From contig CM075998.1 of NCBI GenBank assembly GCA_038087875.1, positions 6,512,001-6,576,000 on the forward strand: a stretch of DNA of 64,000 bases. Direction: 5' to 3'. Origin of the DNA: Malacoraja senta (lineage: Eukaryota). Below the pieces are notes generated by a model. That model had not been told where the DNA came from, made no database searches, and saw only the letters and a program-made list of their open reading frames with translations. The position numbers and the translations under genes were made by a program. Positions 62,290 through 64,000 of this stretch are shown here, one piece after another (the stretch's first letter is position 1; every line of letters starts with the position of its first letter).

Positions 62290-64000
62290 TTCAAGTTCAA
62301 GTGAGTTTATTGTCATGTGTCCCTGACAGGACAATGAAATTCTTGCTTTGCTTCAGCACAACAGAACATAGTAGGCATTGACTGCAAAACAGATCAGTGT
62401 GTCCATATACCATTCTATAAATATATACACACATGAATAAATAAACTGATCAAGTGCAAATAACAGATAATGGGCTATTAATGTTCAGAGTTTTGTCCGA
62501 GCCAAGTTTAATAGCCTGATGGCTGTGGGGAAGTAGCTATTCCTGAACCTGGTCGTTGCAGTCTTCAGGCTCCTGTACCTTCTACCTGAAGGTAGTGGGG
62601 AGATGAGTGTGTGGCCAGGATGGTGTGGGTCCTTGATGATGCTGCTAGCCTTTTTGAGGCAGCGACTGCGATAGATCCCCTCGATGGAAGGGAGGTCAGA
62701 GCCGATGATGGACTGGGCAGTGTTTACTACTTTTTGTAGTCTTTTCCTCTCCAGGGCGCTCAAGTTGCCGAACCAAGCCACGATGCAACTCTACTGTGCA
62801 CCTGTAGAAGTTAGAGAGAGTCCTCCTTGACAAACCGACTCTCCGTAATCTTCTCAGGAAGTAGAGGCGCTGATGTGCTTTCTTAATAATTGCATCAGTG
62901 TTCTCGGACCAGGAAAGATCTTCACAGATGTGCACGCCCAGGAATTTGAAGCTCTTGACCCTTTCAACCATCGACCCGTTGATATAAACGGGACTGTGGG
63001 TCCCCATCCTACTCCTTCCAAAGTCTACAATCAGTTCCTTGGTTTTGCTGGTGTTGAGGGCCAGGTTATTGTGCTGGCACCATATGGACAGTTGCTCGAT
63101 CTCTCTTCTATACTCTGACTCATCCCCATCAGTGATACGTCCTACAACAGTGGTGTCGTCAGCGAACTTGATGATGGAGTTCGCACTATGACCGGCTACG
63201 CAGTCATGAGTATAGAGTGAGTACAGCAGGGGGCTGAGCACGCAGCCTTGAGGTGCTCCCATGCTGATTGTTATCGAGTCTGACACATTTCCACCAATAT
63301 GAACAGACTGTGGTCTGAGAATGAGGAAGTCGAGGATCCAATTGCAGAGGGATGCGCAGAGACCCAGTTCTGCGAGTTTGGTAACCAGCTTGGAGGGGGT
63401 GATTGTGTTAAATGCCGAGCTGTAATCAATGAATAACAGCCTGACATATGAGTTTTTGTTGTCCAAGTGGTCCAGAGCGGAGTGGAGGACCAGCGAGATC
63501 GCATCCACCGTTGATCTGTTGTGGCGGTAAGCGAACTACAGTGGGTCCAGGTTTTTGTCGAGGTAGGAGTTGATTTGCGCCATGATCAACCTCTCAAAGC
63601 ACTTCATCACCACAGGCGTTAGTGCCACAGGTCGATAGTCATTGAGGCACGTCACCTTACTCTTCTTGGGCACTGGTATAATTGATGCCCTTTTAAAGCA
63701 GGTGGGGACCTCAGACCTCAGAAGTGAGAGGTTGAAAATATCCGTAAAAATTCCAGCCAGTTGGTCCGCACAGGTTTTTAGAACACGACCGGGTATACCA
63801 TCAGGTCCAGGCGCTTTTCGAGGGTTCACCGCTCTGAAGGATTTCCTGACGTCGGCCTCTGTGACTGAGACTGAAATACCATCACGGCGAATGGGGGCTC
63901 GGGAAGGCACATCAGTGTTCTCCCTATCAAAGCGTGTGTAAAACGCATTGAGCTCATCACGGAGTGATGTTTCGCCGACATTCGAGCTGCCTCCTGATTT
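62290..64000 (-). mobile_element. Rex1/Babar LINE, runs off the window end; near-identical to 42200-43349
   Basis: ORFs 63536-63910 (KAPGPDGIPGRVLK...NDYRPVALT), 62696-63508 and 62485-62781. Confidence 0.92.

Overview
Vertebrate intronic DNA, very probably from a cartilaginous fish (skate or ray). This is inferred from the HE1-type V-SINEs, HER1/CR1-type LINEs and Penelope-like repeats. The only host gene I can support is SPRYD3 (+ strand): four internal coding exons (2569-2644, 8754-8878, 13704-13839, 16197-16385) that splice in frame, followed by an intron of more than 47 kb in which I found no further exon. The rest is a dense, often nested transposon landscape. It contains several CR1 subfamilies, Rex1/Babar LINEs, a HERO-like RLE LINE end, Penelope-like elements (RT plus GIY-YIG), a decayed Gypsy LTR element, two Harbinger-type MITEs, non-autonomous Helitrons, a Tc1 end, hAT-like elements with 6- and 7-bp TSDs, V-SINEs and old Deu-SINE remnants. 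The most notable observations are: (1) roughly 20 copies of a short repeat carrying a minimal hammerhead-ribozyme-like core (CTGANGA-stem II-GAAACGTC), linked to the Penelope 3' end; (2) a 28-bp palindrome with a degenerate 8-bp TSD that looks like a P-element excision footprint; (3) a 133-bp fold-back CR1 insertion; (4) two independent Rex1 insertions sharing one frameshifting deletion; (5) inverted CR1 copies bracketing a 450-nt, stop-free, phase-0 exon block. Family assignments come from motif recognition only; no database search was run. TE boundaries are approximate unless a TSD is given.
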